From contig CATNEN010000039.1 of NCBI GenBank assembly GCA_950097015.1, positions 17,980,001 through 18,044,000 on the forward strand: DNA of 64,000 nt, given 5' to 3'. The first letter of the stretch is position 1; every line of letters starts with the position of its first letter. The position numbers and the translations under genes were made by a program. Below the pieces are notes generated by a model that saw nothing but the letters and a program-made list of their open reading frames with translations, was not told the origin of the DNA and searched no databases. This DNA is from Macrostomum hystrix. Taxonomy: Eukaryota; Animalia; Platyhelminthes. Positions 1 through 12,439 of the stretch are shown one piece after another.

Positions 1-2649
1 AAATCTTGGCTGAATAGGCCACACTGTTGCAGGGCTCGAAGCAGGTGGCATTGTAGTCGAATGCGGTGCCGTGATAGCACAGGAACTGCTGTAGTTGGCT
101 GTGAATTCTCGGACGCTCCAGTCTTAGGTAGTCAGCGAGGCCAGCTGTGGATACATTGCTCAAACTCACTCTGTCCAGAAACTCTTTTGGATTGTCTAAT
201 CGGCCGCGAATCACATTGTGACAGAATGGTATGTCGCCAGACTCTGGGAAATCTTCGGCGTCAACTAGGCCCTCCGGGATGCAGCCGCAGCGGTCCAGGA
301 TGTCCAGCTTGTCGCGCCAGTTGGCGCAGTCGTACAGCGTGTTTTCGTAGGTCATGTGACGTCGCAGCAATGAGTCGTACATGCGAACACTGCGCTTCGG
401 CTGGCAGGGATGCGTCGGCGTCGGCCGGATGACGGTGCTGTCCTGTTGAAGCGCAATCAGGGTCATGTGACCCAGCGGGGCCAGGTGAGCGTTCTTGTGC
501 GGATGCGGAATCGTGTTCTCCGGGTGGACGGTCAGCAGAATGCTTTCGCCCTGTGAGCACAAGATATAAGCACTCTTTCTCAGCAAGTGTATATTGCAGC
601 AATTAGTTGTTAAGGCTTTGAAAATTATAGTTAATTACATTGCTTCGAAAACGGAAATGGATGGCTTCTGATACCCCTTTCTTGGATAGAAAATTTAACT
701 AGAACATTTTCTCAGCGGGACACTGGACACACAATTAGCAAAGCAATGTTTTTCAGTTAAAATACAGTGCATAGCACAGCAATGCATTCTAATCATCGTC
801 CATGGAATAGACTAGCAATCCATTGTACTTTACCTGAAATGCCATCTCGTGGACCTGTATTTTGTATCCCATTTTTCCCACCAGTCCAGCGCGCTCTAGC
901 ACGGTGTCAGCTGACGGATGGTACAGCAGCAAGGTCAAGCCGAAACCCATGTCTGCCCGCCGCAGTCGCCTCTCCATCGGCTGAAATGTCAGGCAGTTTC
1001 CGTAGGCCCTGTCAAAGAAGACGGTGAAGTTTTGCCAGCCGCACAATTGGCCATTGTATCGGCAATGAACAACGGTGTCCCTTGGTCGGGTGCCAATCTG
1101 GCTGAAGTTGAAATAGTGCTCATAGCGGTACATCGGCCTGTAGGCCTCGTCCCACCAGATTCCCGTGACATTCTGAATCTTGTCATTGGCCGAGCCTAGC
1201 TTGCTCAGCTTCACCGATCGAGTTCGAATCGGCGTCTCAGGGTCGCAAAGCGTCAGATCGGGGAAGCTGAAACTATTCAGCGACAGGCGCTGCGAGCTGG
1301 ACAGCGGATAGCTGAGGTAGTGAGCCACCTCCAGGCCGATGTGCAGGCACAGGCCCAGGGTAGCTGAGGACACAATGGCCAGCCAAACCAGCTGGCAGGG
1401 GCCGCGGATGCCGTCGGCGTCGAACACCTGATTGACGCCGTGCAGCGAGGTGCTGGCGAAGAAGCGGGCCAGACTGCGCAGGAATGCCAGGTCCTGGTTG
1501 CCGCGCAGCCGGCGACGCTGCGGCTGACTAGACTCCGACAGTGGACAAATGCCATTGACGGCTGATGCCTGCTGACAAGGACTGAAAGCCGGATGGAGGA
1601 ATCCAAAATAGGCGTATGGTTTGCTTTGCCTTTTTTCTTCGTTTTGTGTTTGTTTGCTTGTTTGTTTTGTTTGTTTGGTTGCTTTGTTGTTTGTTTGTTG
1701 TTTGTTTGTTTGTTTATTTGTTTGTTTGTTTGGTTGTTTGTTCGTTAGTTTTGTTCTTTTTCTTTCTTGTTTTTATACTATAATTTTGTTCGTTTCTTTT
1801 CGCTGCTTTTGTCGCTTTTATCCTAGGAGCTTATTTTTCTTGACCTGACATGCTAGCGAATTTAAACAAAAAGTAGGAAAGTTATCTGTCAGCCATCAAT
1901 CAGGGTGTAATTAGCCTGAGCTAGCACCTGCAATATTCTCGGGGGAGGGAGTGAGGTAGATTAGGCTCTTGATAGAGAGTATTTTATTTTATGCTCCTTC
2001 CGAGCTTCTGGAATGCACTTTTAGCAATCGATTGAATTTTTCTCTCGTCTCTTTGCTTACTTTTGTGAAACTACACAGCATAACTGAATCTACTCAGTCC
2101 ACTACTCAAATCTACACTATCCAATACTCAAATCTACACTGTCTACAACTCAAATCTATACTGTCTACTAATCAAATCTACACTGTCTACAACTCAAATC
2201 TATACTGTCTACTACTCAAATCTACACTGTCTACTACTCAAATCTACACTGTCTACTACTCAAATCTACACTGTCTACTACTCCAATCTACACTGTCTAC
2301 TACTCAAATCTACACTGTCTACTACTCAAATCTACACTGTCTACTACTCAAATCTACACTGTCTACTACTCAAATCTACACTGTCTACTACTCAAATCTA
2401 CACTGTCTACTACTCAAATCTACACTGTCTACTACTCAAATCTACACTGTCTACTACTCCAATCTACACTGTCTACTAATCAAATCTACTCAATCCACTT
2501 CTATAAAAAATAGTCCATTTTTACCAGTCGAGGCAGTCGAGGTTCGATTTCCCCGCGCCGGTATCTTCAACGCTTTGCTCAGAGGACACAGCAGAAAGCT
2601 GTTCAGGAGATGCGAGCCGACTGATAAACTCAATTGGTTGATGCTTCAT
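1..2649 (-). CDS. DEG/ENaC (amiloride-sensitive sodium channel family) subunit, 3'-partial; exons ~2649-2525, 1581-834, 550-170, ~85-<1
   Basis: Reading upstream of ORF 789..1427 gives FFASTSLHGV (conserved pre-TM1 HG motif), TM1 (LVWLAIVSSATLGLCLHIG), FPDLTLC, CRYNGQLC..F...YGNCLTF and GLTLLLY. The next exons give the Cys-rich thumb (DRCGC..PFCH..CFEPC). GT-AG junctions are phase-compatible (TG|T, CAG|GGC). Exon 1 is less certain. Confidence 0.9.
1636..1755. repeat. (TTTG)n microsatellite in DEG/ENaC intron 1
   Basis: Direct reading of degenerate tttg runs. Confidence 0.9.
2090..2495. repeat. 22-bp minisatellite (ctactcaaatctacactgtcta)n, intronic
   Basis: Near-identical tandem units; explains spurious ORF 1969..2655. 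Confidence 0.95.
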
Positions 2650-3104
2650 ATTTAGTTGTGAGTTCCCGAGCCAACAATACTGCTCACTGTTATATTTCTG
2701 CGTCGATATCTCACTGTTATATCCCAAGCCGATGAAGCTCAACCTTTGGACCAATAACGGTCTCGCTTCATCCTCATCAGCCTCTCTTCTCTTCTATCGT
2801 CTTTCTTTTTTCCATGCGCCTAATTAAATTAGGCGGTCAACTCAATCGAATTCCCATTTAAAACGAAAGAGCCACCTATAAGGCTTCACTCTCTTATATT
2901 GCTATATTATCGAAAAGTCACTTTTTATTTGCTATTGATCTTCGCTTATCTCGGATTCCAACTGTATATTTTCCGATCTAGTTTCCGCTCTGCTCAGCTA
3001 GATGACTGAGCAAGAAAAACGGATGAAGAAATAAGTTAGAAGATCGAGAATCCTTATTTTTGTGACTTTTTTATATCTTCCAATGTCTGTCCGTTGTCTG
3101 CCCG

Positions 3105-4235
3105 ATCCTTCTCTCCTGCTCCTTCTCTCCCCTTCCTTCTCTCCCCTTCCTTCTCTTCCCTTCCTTCACTCCCCTTCCTTCTCTCCCCTTCCTTCTCTTC
3201 CCTTCCTTCTCTCCCCTTCCTTCTCTTCCCTTCCTTCACTCCCCTTCCTTCTCTCCCCTTCCTTCACTCCCCTTCCTTCACTCCCATTCCTTCACTCCCC
3301 TTCCTTCTCTCTTTCCTTCTCTCCCCTTCCTTCACTCCCCTTCCTTCACTCCCCTTCCTTCTCTCTTTCCTTCTCTCCCCTTCCTTCTCTTCCCTTCCTT
3401 CACTCCCCTTCCTTCTCTCCCTTCCTTCTCTCCCTTCCTTCTCTCTTTCCTTCTCTCCCCTTCCTTCTCTCCCCTTCCTTCTCTTCCCTTCCTTCACTCC
3501 CCTTCCTTCACTCCCCTTCCTTCTCTCTTTCCTTCTCTCCCCTTCCTTCACTCCCCTTCCTTCTCTCCCCTTCCTTCACTCCCCTTCCTTCTCTCTTTCC
3601 TTCTCTCCCCTTCCTTCTCTCCCCTTCCTTCACTCCCCTTCCTTCTCTCCCCTTCCTTCACTCCCCTTCCTTCTCTCTTTCCTTCTCTTCCCTTCCTTCA
3701 CTCTCCTTCCTTCACTCCCCTTCCTTCTCTCTTTCCTTCTCTCTTTCCTTCTCTCTTTCCTTCTCTCCCCTTCCTTCTCTCCCCTTCCTTCTCTCTTTCC
3801 TTCTCTCCCCTTCCTTCTCTCCCCTTCCTTCTCTCTTTCCTTCTCTTCCCTTCCTTCACTCCCCTTCCTTCACTCCCCTTCCTTCTCTCCCCTTCCTTCA
3901 CTCTCCTTCCTTCACTCCCCTTCCTTCACTCCCCTTCCTTCTCTCTTTCCTTCTCTCTTTCCTTCTCTCCCCTTCCTTCTCTCCCCTTCCTTCACTCCCT
4001 TTCCTTCTCTTCCTTTCCTTCACTCCCCTTCCTTCACTTACCTTATTTCTCTCCCCTTCCTTCTATCTATTTCCTTATCTTCACTTCCTTATCTTCACTT
4101 CCTTATCTTCACTTCCTCCTCTCCCCTTCCTTCACTTGCCTTCCTTCTCTCCCCTGTCTTCTCTCCCCTGCCTTCTCTCCCCTGCCTTCTGTCCCCTTCC
4201 TTCTCTCTCCTTGCTTCTCTAGTCTTCCTTCTCTT
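3105..4235. repeat. ~14-bp polypyrimidine minisatellite (ccttctctcccctt / ccttcactcccctt)n
   Basis: ~1.1 kb almost purely C/T on + strand. Confidence 0.95.
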
Positions 4236-4736
4236 ACCTTTCTACAAGTTAAATAACTGCAAGAACAAGAAATACAGACTAGCCTACTAATTAGTAGCTA
4301 AATATTACAAGAGAATATGAAAATTCATATTTTGAAAATATTGGAAATATGACAAATCAGTGTTACGAGTTACGAGTTACCTCGTAGTTACCATAGAGAG
4401 TACAAACATCTCAATGTACATATCAGTGCTACGGTTAAATTAGAATTCACGAATACATTTTATTTACATATTACAGAGACATTTTGCATTTTTCCATTCC
4501 TGCTACTTCCATAGAAAGTCTGTGGAAAGTAGCATGACCATAAGAAATACCCTAGCAATTTGTTTAAAAGCGCCTAATCTTTTATCTAAGCTACAATTTT
4601 TGAGGTGCTAATGACTGGGCAGTACAGTTTGAACGATAATAAACACGACTATAATTAGGCTGAACTAACTGACAGATTTCAGTTTTTTTCAACTTAAATA
4701 TCTCGTTCAATACAGGTTATATATTATATATATTCT

Positions 4737-5000
4737 GTGCAGCCGACAGCACAGCCGCAGCTAATGCGCGGCGCATCTGAAGGCTGCGTACAGCTGTTCA
4801 GTCCATGGACTGGGGGGACTCCACACCCACCTTCAATTATCCCTGCTAATGCTGGTACCCATTTAACAGCTGGGTGAACTGAAGCAATGCAGAGTTAAGT
4901 GTCTTGCTAAAGCACACAAATTGTTCCAGTGGAGTCGGGAATCGAACCCACGACCTTCAAGTCGTGAGTCCGACGCTCTAACCACTAGGCTACAACCTCT
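4737..5000 (-). mobile_element. tRNA-derived SINE with CORE-like central domain (copy 1)
   Basis: Minus strand shows A box TAGCCTAGTGG and B box GGTTCGATTCC, followed by gcaagacacttaactc...cttcagttcacccagctgttaaatggg, resembling the CORE-SINE domain. Nearly identical to the copy at ~41375-41638. Confidence 0.85.
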
Positions 5001-5550
5001 TAGGGTACAAACTACTTACAGACAGTGTACAGACCACGAGAGAAGCATCTTAAATACGTTAATTAATTAATAAAGTTAGTTAATTTCTGTTAATTAAGCA
5101 TTTAACATGGTCTAGAATAAGCTAGACAGTGGCTATTTTGTAGAAACCGGTGAAGTTATAATAATGAAAAATGGAAACTTCTTTATGCCTAGATATACTC
5201 AGTCAGTATAGGATACTCACAGACTGCTCAGTCTTGTCTGCCCCCTGCTCTGCATGTGCTTTGAAGGGCTTTGAATTCTCAAAGATTGTTGTAGCCATTT
5301 TTAGTCTAGTTTTTATCTTATTTTATTTCCACTATAGCCAATCCTTTGCTAATAGCTTCAAGTTGGAAAGAAAATTGTAATGCTAACCAGCAATAAACTC
5401 GCACAAGGTGAGTTATAAATGCACGCGCACTCACTCGCAAGTAATAGCCTACATCATTCTTTACAGCATTCTCACCTGCTGTAAGATGTGCCAGACAGAT
5501 TAAGCTAAATTGATATGGTTAACTTTGTAGACAATTGCTAAATCAGCCTG

Positions 5551-7497
5551 ATGTCGGATAAAATTGTAAGTTGTCGATATTTTATGACATTCTTCGAAAA
5601 TATTGTAAATGCAGGGTGACTACTTTCTAAAAATACAGATATTTGACACCGAATACGACGAGAAGGCAAAGGATGACGTCAACGTCGAGAAGCTGCGGGG
5701 TAAATGAAAAAAATTAGTTTTTTAATTAAATACAAGTCTTTCAAAAATGTCGCCCCACGCCAAATTTCGACCAGCCTCGTTCATTCCTCTTCGCGAAGCT
5801 ACCTTCATCTTCATCCTCTCCCAGAACCTCAGGCGGCCAAATTTAACCTCCCTCCAGAACTTCAGGCAGCCCCTACTAGCTACCTTCCCCCAGAACTTCA
5901 AGCAGCCCCTACTAGCTACCTTCCCCCAGAACTTCAGGCAGCCCCTACTAGCTTCCTCCCTCCAGAACTTCAGGCAGCCCCTACAAGCTTCCTCCCTCCA
6001 GAACTTCAGGCAGCCCCTACTAGCTTCCTCCCTCCAGAACTTCAGGCAGCCCCTACTAGCTTCCTCCCTCCAGAACTTCAGGCAGCCCCTACTAGCTTCC
6101 TCCCTCCAGAACTTCAGGCAGCCCCTACTAGCTTCCTTCCCCCAGAACTTCAGGCAGCCCCTACAAGCTACCTCCCCTCCAGAACTTCAAGCAGCCCCTA
6201 CTAGCTACCTTCCCCCAGAACTTCAGGCAGCCCCTACTAGCTACCTTCCCCCAGAACTTCAGGCAGCCCCTACTAGCTACCTTCCTTACCAACTTCAGGC
6301 ATCCACTTCTACCCTCCAAACTTCAGGCATCCACTTCTACCCTCCAAACTTCAGGCATCCACTTCTACCCTCCAAACTTCAGGCATTCACTTCTACCCTC
6401 CAAACTTCAGGCATCCACTTCTACCCACCAGAACTTCAGGCGTCCACTTCTACCACCCCCAGAACTTCAGGCATCGACTGATTAGAATGCCCCTCCCATT
6501 GCAGAAGAACGGGATCGTTACCACCGGGAGCTTCAAGACCTGACTAGGCGGCTGCAGGCCTCGGCAGGCATTGTGCAACACGGGTTGCTGAAGAAAATCA
6601 CCGCTCTTGAGGGCTACATTCAGGCACTGGGACATCAGGTAGGATCCTTCATGGAAAACATTTTTGTGAGATCGTCTTCGCTATGCTCAGGATGTTCTTA
6701 GGATTATCTTAGGATATCTATATGATTCTGGATGCTGGAAGTATATATGAAGCAGTATCTAGATGCTAGGGATATCTAGATGTTGGGATATCTACTCGTA
6801 GATTTAAGGATTTCTAGATTTAAGGATATCTAGATTTTGGATATCTACTCGTAGATTTAAGGATATCTAGATTTTGGATATCTACTCGTAGATTTAAGGA
6901 TATCTAGATTTTGGATATCTACTCGTAGATTTAAGGATATCTAGATTTTGGGATTTCTATATGTTGGGATATCTAGATGTTGAGATATCTAGATTTTGGG
7001 ATATCTAGATTTTAGGATATCTAGATTTTAGGATATCTAGATGTTGGAATTTCTAGATGCTAGGGATATCTAGATGCTAGGGATATCTAGATGCTAGGGA
7101 TATCTAGATGCTAGGGATATCTAGATGCTAGGGATATCTAGATGCTAGGGATATCTAGATGCTAGGGATATCTAGATGTTGGGATATCTAGATGCTAGAG
7201 ATATCTAGATGCTATGAATATCTTGATGCTAGGGATATCTAGATGTTGAGATATTTAGTTGCTAGGGATATGCTAGGGCAGTTAGTAAAGTTTCTATTAA
7301 AAATTTGAAAAAGAATAGGATAATTACTTTCCTACTCAAATTACTACAGCGAGTTAAGATGGAGTACAAAAGGTAAATTCGAAAAAGTACAATCCAGCTG
7401 AGCAAATGGCTGATCGAGTTTTAATCCAGTCAGACATGCTATACATGACAGTCTCGACATATATAGCATTTGGAAATGTTTGAATTTCAGCAGAAGC

Positions 7498-7565
<68 letters not shown>

Positions 7566-10500
7566 TGTCTTATCTCAAAGCAGTGCAACTGTCACATTTT
7601 GTACAGTCATTGCGGCAAAACTTGCTGCGTTGGTAAGTTGTTTAATTATTAACTTGTGCCTCACTATTCACCTGTCCTTCAAAACGATCTAAAATGATAA
7701 AAAAATCCAGCTGAGGCACGTGCTAGACCAGTGCACTGTGGCCAATCCAGTAGTCATGGCAACGCGGTAGCTGTCTCATCTTCCACTTCGAGGCTTCGAC
7801 CATCCGGACAAGCCGCAGGTGTCGCGGTTGCCGAATCTAGAGTTGACATCGACTACCCCAGATTCTTCTTAGGATCATCCGGCAGACATCCTTTAAAGGT
7901 TATTATTCACTTTGAAAATACTTCTGCGTTATTATAGGCACTACTGTTAGTAAGTGGTTACAGGCATATTTAGAATCCTAATTTTCGCGCACTCAAAATG
8001 TGCTTAAATTTGAAACATACAAAATGACTCTTTGGAAATGATAGCCCCAAAACACTAAAGATAAAACCTTAGTAGGCCTTTTAGGCAACAAGCTTATAGC
8101 TTCGCGTTGCTATGGCAACCAGTTTACGCATGACAGCTAGAGTGAGTACACGCGCACAAAAAACAGGCACAAGACTTCGTTCGAGTGGCATGTTTAATTC
8201 ACTGCTCCTTCATGCAATACCCGTGCCTCTCTCTCTGTAAACTAGTCTGGCCAATGGAAATTAAGTACAGGCAAGGCAGGGGGCAATAAAGAAACCGAAC
8301 TTAGGAAATGATCTTAGGAAAGCTTTGGTATGAGCTGAAGACAGCACAAAATAATTACACAGTTATTGCTTGTGCTTGACGACATTATTGCTGACGATTC
8401 TCCTCACAGGTGGCAACGTTTTTAGGTGCGCAATTAGGGCACACAAGCCAATATAAGTGTACCTAATATAAATTGTTTTGAGCATTATAGATAAACTACT
8501 TTTTTAAATTTAGTTTATAATTATTTTTAGAGCTCAGCTACCGGACGAAACGAGACAGGTTTCAGATGTGGTCACTGCGGTTTGAAGAATGCCATTCCGG
8601 AAATGTCGACAAGTGATCAACAATCTGTTAGGTATGTTTGCTGAGTATCTGATAGATGAAATGTTTACAAATTTTATTGCATTTTATTAAATAAGTGTCA
8701 TTTTACGTCTTTGAATACTTCTACAGCATTGAAATTTTGTTTTGTAAGACACATTCGTATCTTAGAAGGACTTAGACTTAGAGCGTCGGACTCACGACTT
8801 GAAGATCGGGGGTTCGATTCCCGACTCCACTGGAACAATTTGTGTCCTGCTTACACAAGAGTTCTCAGACCGGAATTTTCCCAGACAACCCCCGACCTTT
8901 AACTCAGTCCTACGCTCTAATCCACTACAGGCTACAAAGCCTTTGTACATACCTTCAATCCGAAGTTCTATTTAGCAATAAAACGCCTGAAATTAACAAA
9001 GAGACCGAAAAAGCGAAGGAAAACTAAGATAATAAAGAAATAAGAAAAAACAAGAGGTAGGACTGCTTAATTTTATTATGTGAAATTACCTACCCCTCAG
9101 TCGGGAGTCTAAACTCAAAAAAGCTCTCAAGAATTTTGAATATATAATTATTCTGTATTATTTTCGTACCTGTTTGTGTTTAAACTCGTTGCGTATCATT
9201 GCATTTTTCTCTCTACTCAGGTTGAGCTTTCCGCTGTCTTCTTCTGTATCTAAACGGCCGTCAAATGCTTCGGTGAGTGCAAGTTGAGACTCTGCCCTGT
9301 CCCTCGCCTCATGCTGTGTCTATGTATGTCTGTCTATTGTTAAGTCTATCTATAGGCTCATTGTGAATGGCTGCTGCTGCTGCTGCTTTATAATATACGG
9401 CAGGAATTATCAACCACTATAGTCTAGTCTGATAGTTTTGAGTTTTAATAGACTACACACACAGCACATAATATGATAAAATAAATCATACTTAAAGGTA
9501 GTGGCTAGAGATGCTGCTCTGTCTGTCTCTCATAGCCAACTTAATCCAGACAGCAGAACAGTCTATGCTGCAACCAGACGAAGATGTTGAATACAATCAA
9601 AGCCAATTCAAACAGCGTAATTACGAGTATATGCAGGTTTGCGATGTGAATTTCATGTTAATACTGTTTATTAATCTTACCAATATCAATAAAACAATTC
9701 CATCACAATCTAGAGCAGAGACAATGGCCCAAAGGAACTGACAGATCAACAGACCGGCTTTGATCTAACCGCCGCCTCCGCCGCTGAACAAGCCGCTTCA
9801 ACCGCCAGTGATAAAAGAGCCGCCTCAACTGGCTTTGATCTTACCGCCACTGATAGACGAGTCGCTATAACCGGCTTTGATCTTACCGCCGCCGCGGAAC
9901 GAACCGTTTCAACAGGCTTCGATCTTACCACCACTGGTAAACGAACCATCGCAGAGAGTTCCGATGTACCTTTCTTTCTAGACGGGAAAGCTAAACGCTT
10001 TTCTTCAATAAGCTCAGATCCAGTGTCACTCGGTACCAGCCTAGAGCTGTCCTCATTGGCCAGTTCACTGAGCGATAATCAGGAGCTTAATCTAGCTGCA
10101 AATAGACAAAAAGAACCCGTGAGAAGCCTGTCATTTAATCTGGCTGACTCGCTGCTATTCAGCTTCAGCAGCCAATCAGACAGCAGCCAATCAGATTCGG
10201 TGGCCGTGTTTCCCTCTCTGCCAGACTCCAAGCTGGCAGAACTCAGCCTTCTACCAGCCAGCCTGAATGAGTTGAGTGTCGCAAACGCCACTGTTTCAAT
10301 TGTGGATCCCAACGGTCGGTATCGGATGGATCAGCCTCCTGAAGTGCCAGAAGAGGAAGCAGCAGCAGCAGCCGCGGAGAATGACGTCAGTGTGCCTACC
10401 GAGGAGCGAATCCGAGAGCTGGCCATCTCATTTGCCAACGACTCGGCGACAGTTACGGAACGAATCAAGCGAGCCGCCCTGGCCAGGGCTAGTCATGAGG

Positions 10501-11989
10501 CCAACTTCAAGGAGGAACTGCAACGGCTTCAGCAGACTCTGGCCTTGATTGCCTCGTCCGGCGGTTCGGTGTCGGCCGCTTCGGATGCCAGCCAGTCGGC
10601 TCGACTCCTTCAGGACATCGGCTGCGGACTGAGCCGCACGGCAGAGACTTTGGGCGCCGTTCAGCAGGTTAATGACTTATATGACTTTAGGCCATAGACA
10701 ATAGCTATGTACGAACAGATAGGTCAATTTATTAATTTAGAGGTCAAATGAAGGTCAAATAATTTTGCCTTCTCAATCCAGGAGTGCCGTCTAAACTTTG
10801 CCTTCCACCTGATTCACAAGTACAGCGAAGAGACGCGATCCGAAAAGGAAAGAATGTGTGGCGAGCTGGAATTGCTTCGGTGAGTAACTCTCGATGCGCT
10901 GAAGAAAATAAACTCCACATGTTCTTTAGTGATTCACGCATCCACGTGACTTCTATATCCACGGGAGTCACGTGACTTGGGTAGTGACGTCACAAGAAAT
11001 AAAAATAGACAGTGACGTCACTAGCATTAAAAATAGGCAGTGACGTCACAAGAAAAAATGGCACTGACGTCACGAGTATTAAAAATAGGCAGTGACGTCA
11101 CAAATATTAAAAACTGACTTCAGTGATTCTAAAGGACAATAAAATGTTGAATCTTTCAGTCAAGCGGTAGAGGACGACCAGTTCTACCTTGACGTTGACT
11201 CATCGTTGAACAAATACGCCAAGACCACAGGAGACAGCTCCGGTGTAACGGTGAGTACTTGCAGTTAATTGCTCTCAAAATCAATTTGAACTGCGATTAT
11301 AGGTGAACTAATAAAGTGTCTGCAATTAAGTTGTACAAGGTCGCCTTCCATGAACAATATGCACGCGCACAGGGCAAGGCGAAGTTCCAGGCGTTGGGCC
11401 GGAGTGTGGCGCGCACCACCTCGGTGACCACGCTGCTGCAGAAGCTGGCACGCGAGCGAGAGAGGCGCCGGCGTCAGCAGCTGCGGCAGGAGGGAGCGGA
11501 TGAGACTGAGTAAGAACTTTTTTGGCACGAAATTTGAAGATCATTAGGTGAATCTGTGAAACAAGTTGGATTTACGCTCGTAATTACGTATCAATAGTTA
11601 TACACTGTAGCAGCCTGTAGCAACTTGTTAGACAGATTGCAATCTGTCTAACAGGTTAGACTATAACCTGTCTAACAGGTTTCGTTATAATCTAGCATGG
11701 TAATTGATGTTCCCGCAATTCTTCTAGGTCCTTGGCCGAGGAAGGCTGCGATGCAGCGGCTACGGAAGCGGACGACAGCATCGACCGAGGTGGCCCGGCC
11801 TTGTCAACGCATGCGGCCGCAGCCGCGGTCGACGAACAGACGGTGCTGGACAAGCTGGACAGATTTTCTGTTCGACTGTTCGCTGATCGGCGAATTCGTT
11901 TATTCCTGGCGCCGCTGACAATGATCATTGCAGTCGTCTGCCTGCTGTGGGCCGTTGCCTATCCCATTGTTAAACAGTTGGCAGTTTAA
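5551..11989 (+). CDS. IRAG/LRMP(Jaw1)/MRVI1-family-like coiled-coil, C-terminally anchored membrane protein, ~784 aa; exons 5551-5565, 5639-5699, 6505-6638, 7491-7632, 7711-7898, 8531-8631, 9221-9272, 9550-9636, 9714-10667, 10782-10879, 11160-11250, ~11340-11509, 11728-11989
   Basis: All 12 GT-AG introns are phase-compatible with one open frame. IRELAISFANDSATVTERIKRAALARASHEANFKEEL and SRTAETLGAVQQ|ECRLNFAFHLIHKYSEE...GELELLR resemble, from memory, the MRVI1/LRMP coiled coil (LSLAFKCD..TLEKR..LEER.RDLAEEN; SRAEMLGAINQE). Single C-terminal TM (LFLAPLTMIIAVVCLLWAVAY). The 5' exons and exon 12 acceptor are less certain. Confidence 0.75.
5845..6475. repeat. 36-bp minisatellite (ctccagaacttcaggcagcccctactagcttcctcc)n grading into a ~29-bp variant; intronic
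   Basis: Tandem units between exons 2 and 3. Confidence 0.95.
6760..7275. repeat. 17-bp minisatellite (tagatgctagggatatc)n and variants; intronic
   Basis: Tandem units containing GATATC/TCTAGA palindromes. Confidence 0.9.
8778..8937 (+). mobile_element. SINE head fragment (+, 8778-8848) followed by a degenerate inverted head fragment (~8900-8937)
   Basis: ttagagcgtcggactcacgacttgaagatcgggggttcgattcccgactccactggaacaatttg matches the SINE head. Confidence 0.75.
10943..11101. promoter_or_regulatory. Intronic cluster of five perfect CRE palindromes (TGACGTCA) preceded by two CACGTG E-boxes
   Basis: TGACGTCA at 10985, 11013, 11041, 11065 and 11093; CACGTG at 10943; GTCACGTGAC at 10967. Function unproven. 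Confidence 0.45.
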
Positions 11990-12439
11990 TGGATTAGGAC
12001 AATATCTAAGTTTTGCATAACTTTTACAAGTAATTTTGTATTTGAAAATCTTCAAATTTGAAGCTTTCTAAAACGTTAATCGGTTAATATTTCTTTTCTT
12101 TATTGTCATAACTGGACTACTTTTTTAGTAGAATAGCGTGGATATAATAATGAAATTGCAGTAATTTTGCAGTCTTTTTAGGTCGCCAAGATTAATGGTA
12201 ATAATTGATTTAATTTTGTTTTAGTCGTAGTTACTAAACAAAGGAACATATTTGTTAAAAAGCATGGTTTTTGTTTTTTTAAATTAAAATATATGATGTG
12301 ATTTGGACAAAGGCTAACTTAAATCTGTGACATTTAATTGATCTAGCTGCGATTCTGTGGAAGCTTGAACGCTAGCATCTACACGTGAGCCGTTACAATT
12401 TCAATAACGCACCTAAGCACCTGTGTATAAGTTAAAAGC

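Noticed and set aside
2755-2790. CTGATGAG on minus strand as a hammerhead ribozyme core
   Set aside because: No properly placed GAAA or stem II; other CTGATGA hits lie within coding sequence.
4925-5000. tRNA gene (A and B boxes, CAC/CAT anticodon-like loop)
   Set aside because: Acceptor and anticodon stems pair poorly, and the head is always joined to the same downstream body, so it is a SINE head.
1969-6481. Long ORFs 1969..2655, 3062..4222, 3094..4290, 5704..6204 and 5747..6481
   Set aside because: They are translations of stop-free tandem repeats in introns or intergenic DNA, open in several frames at once.
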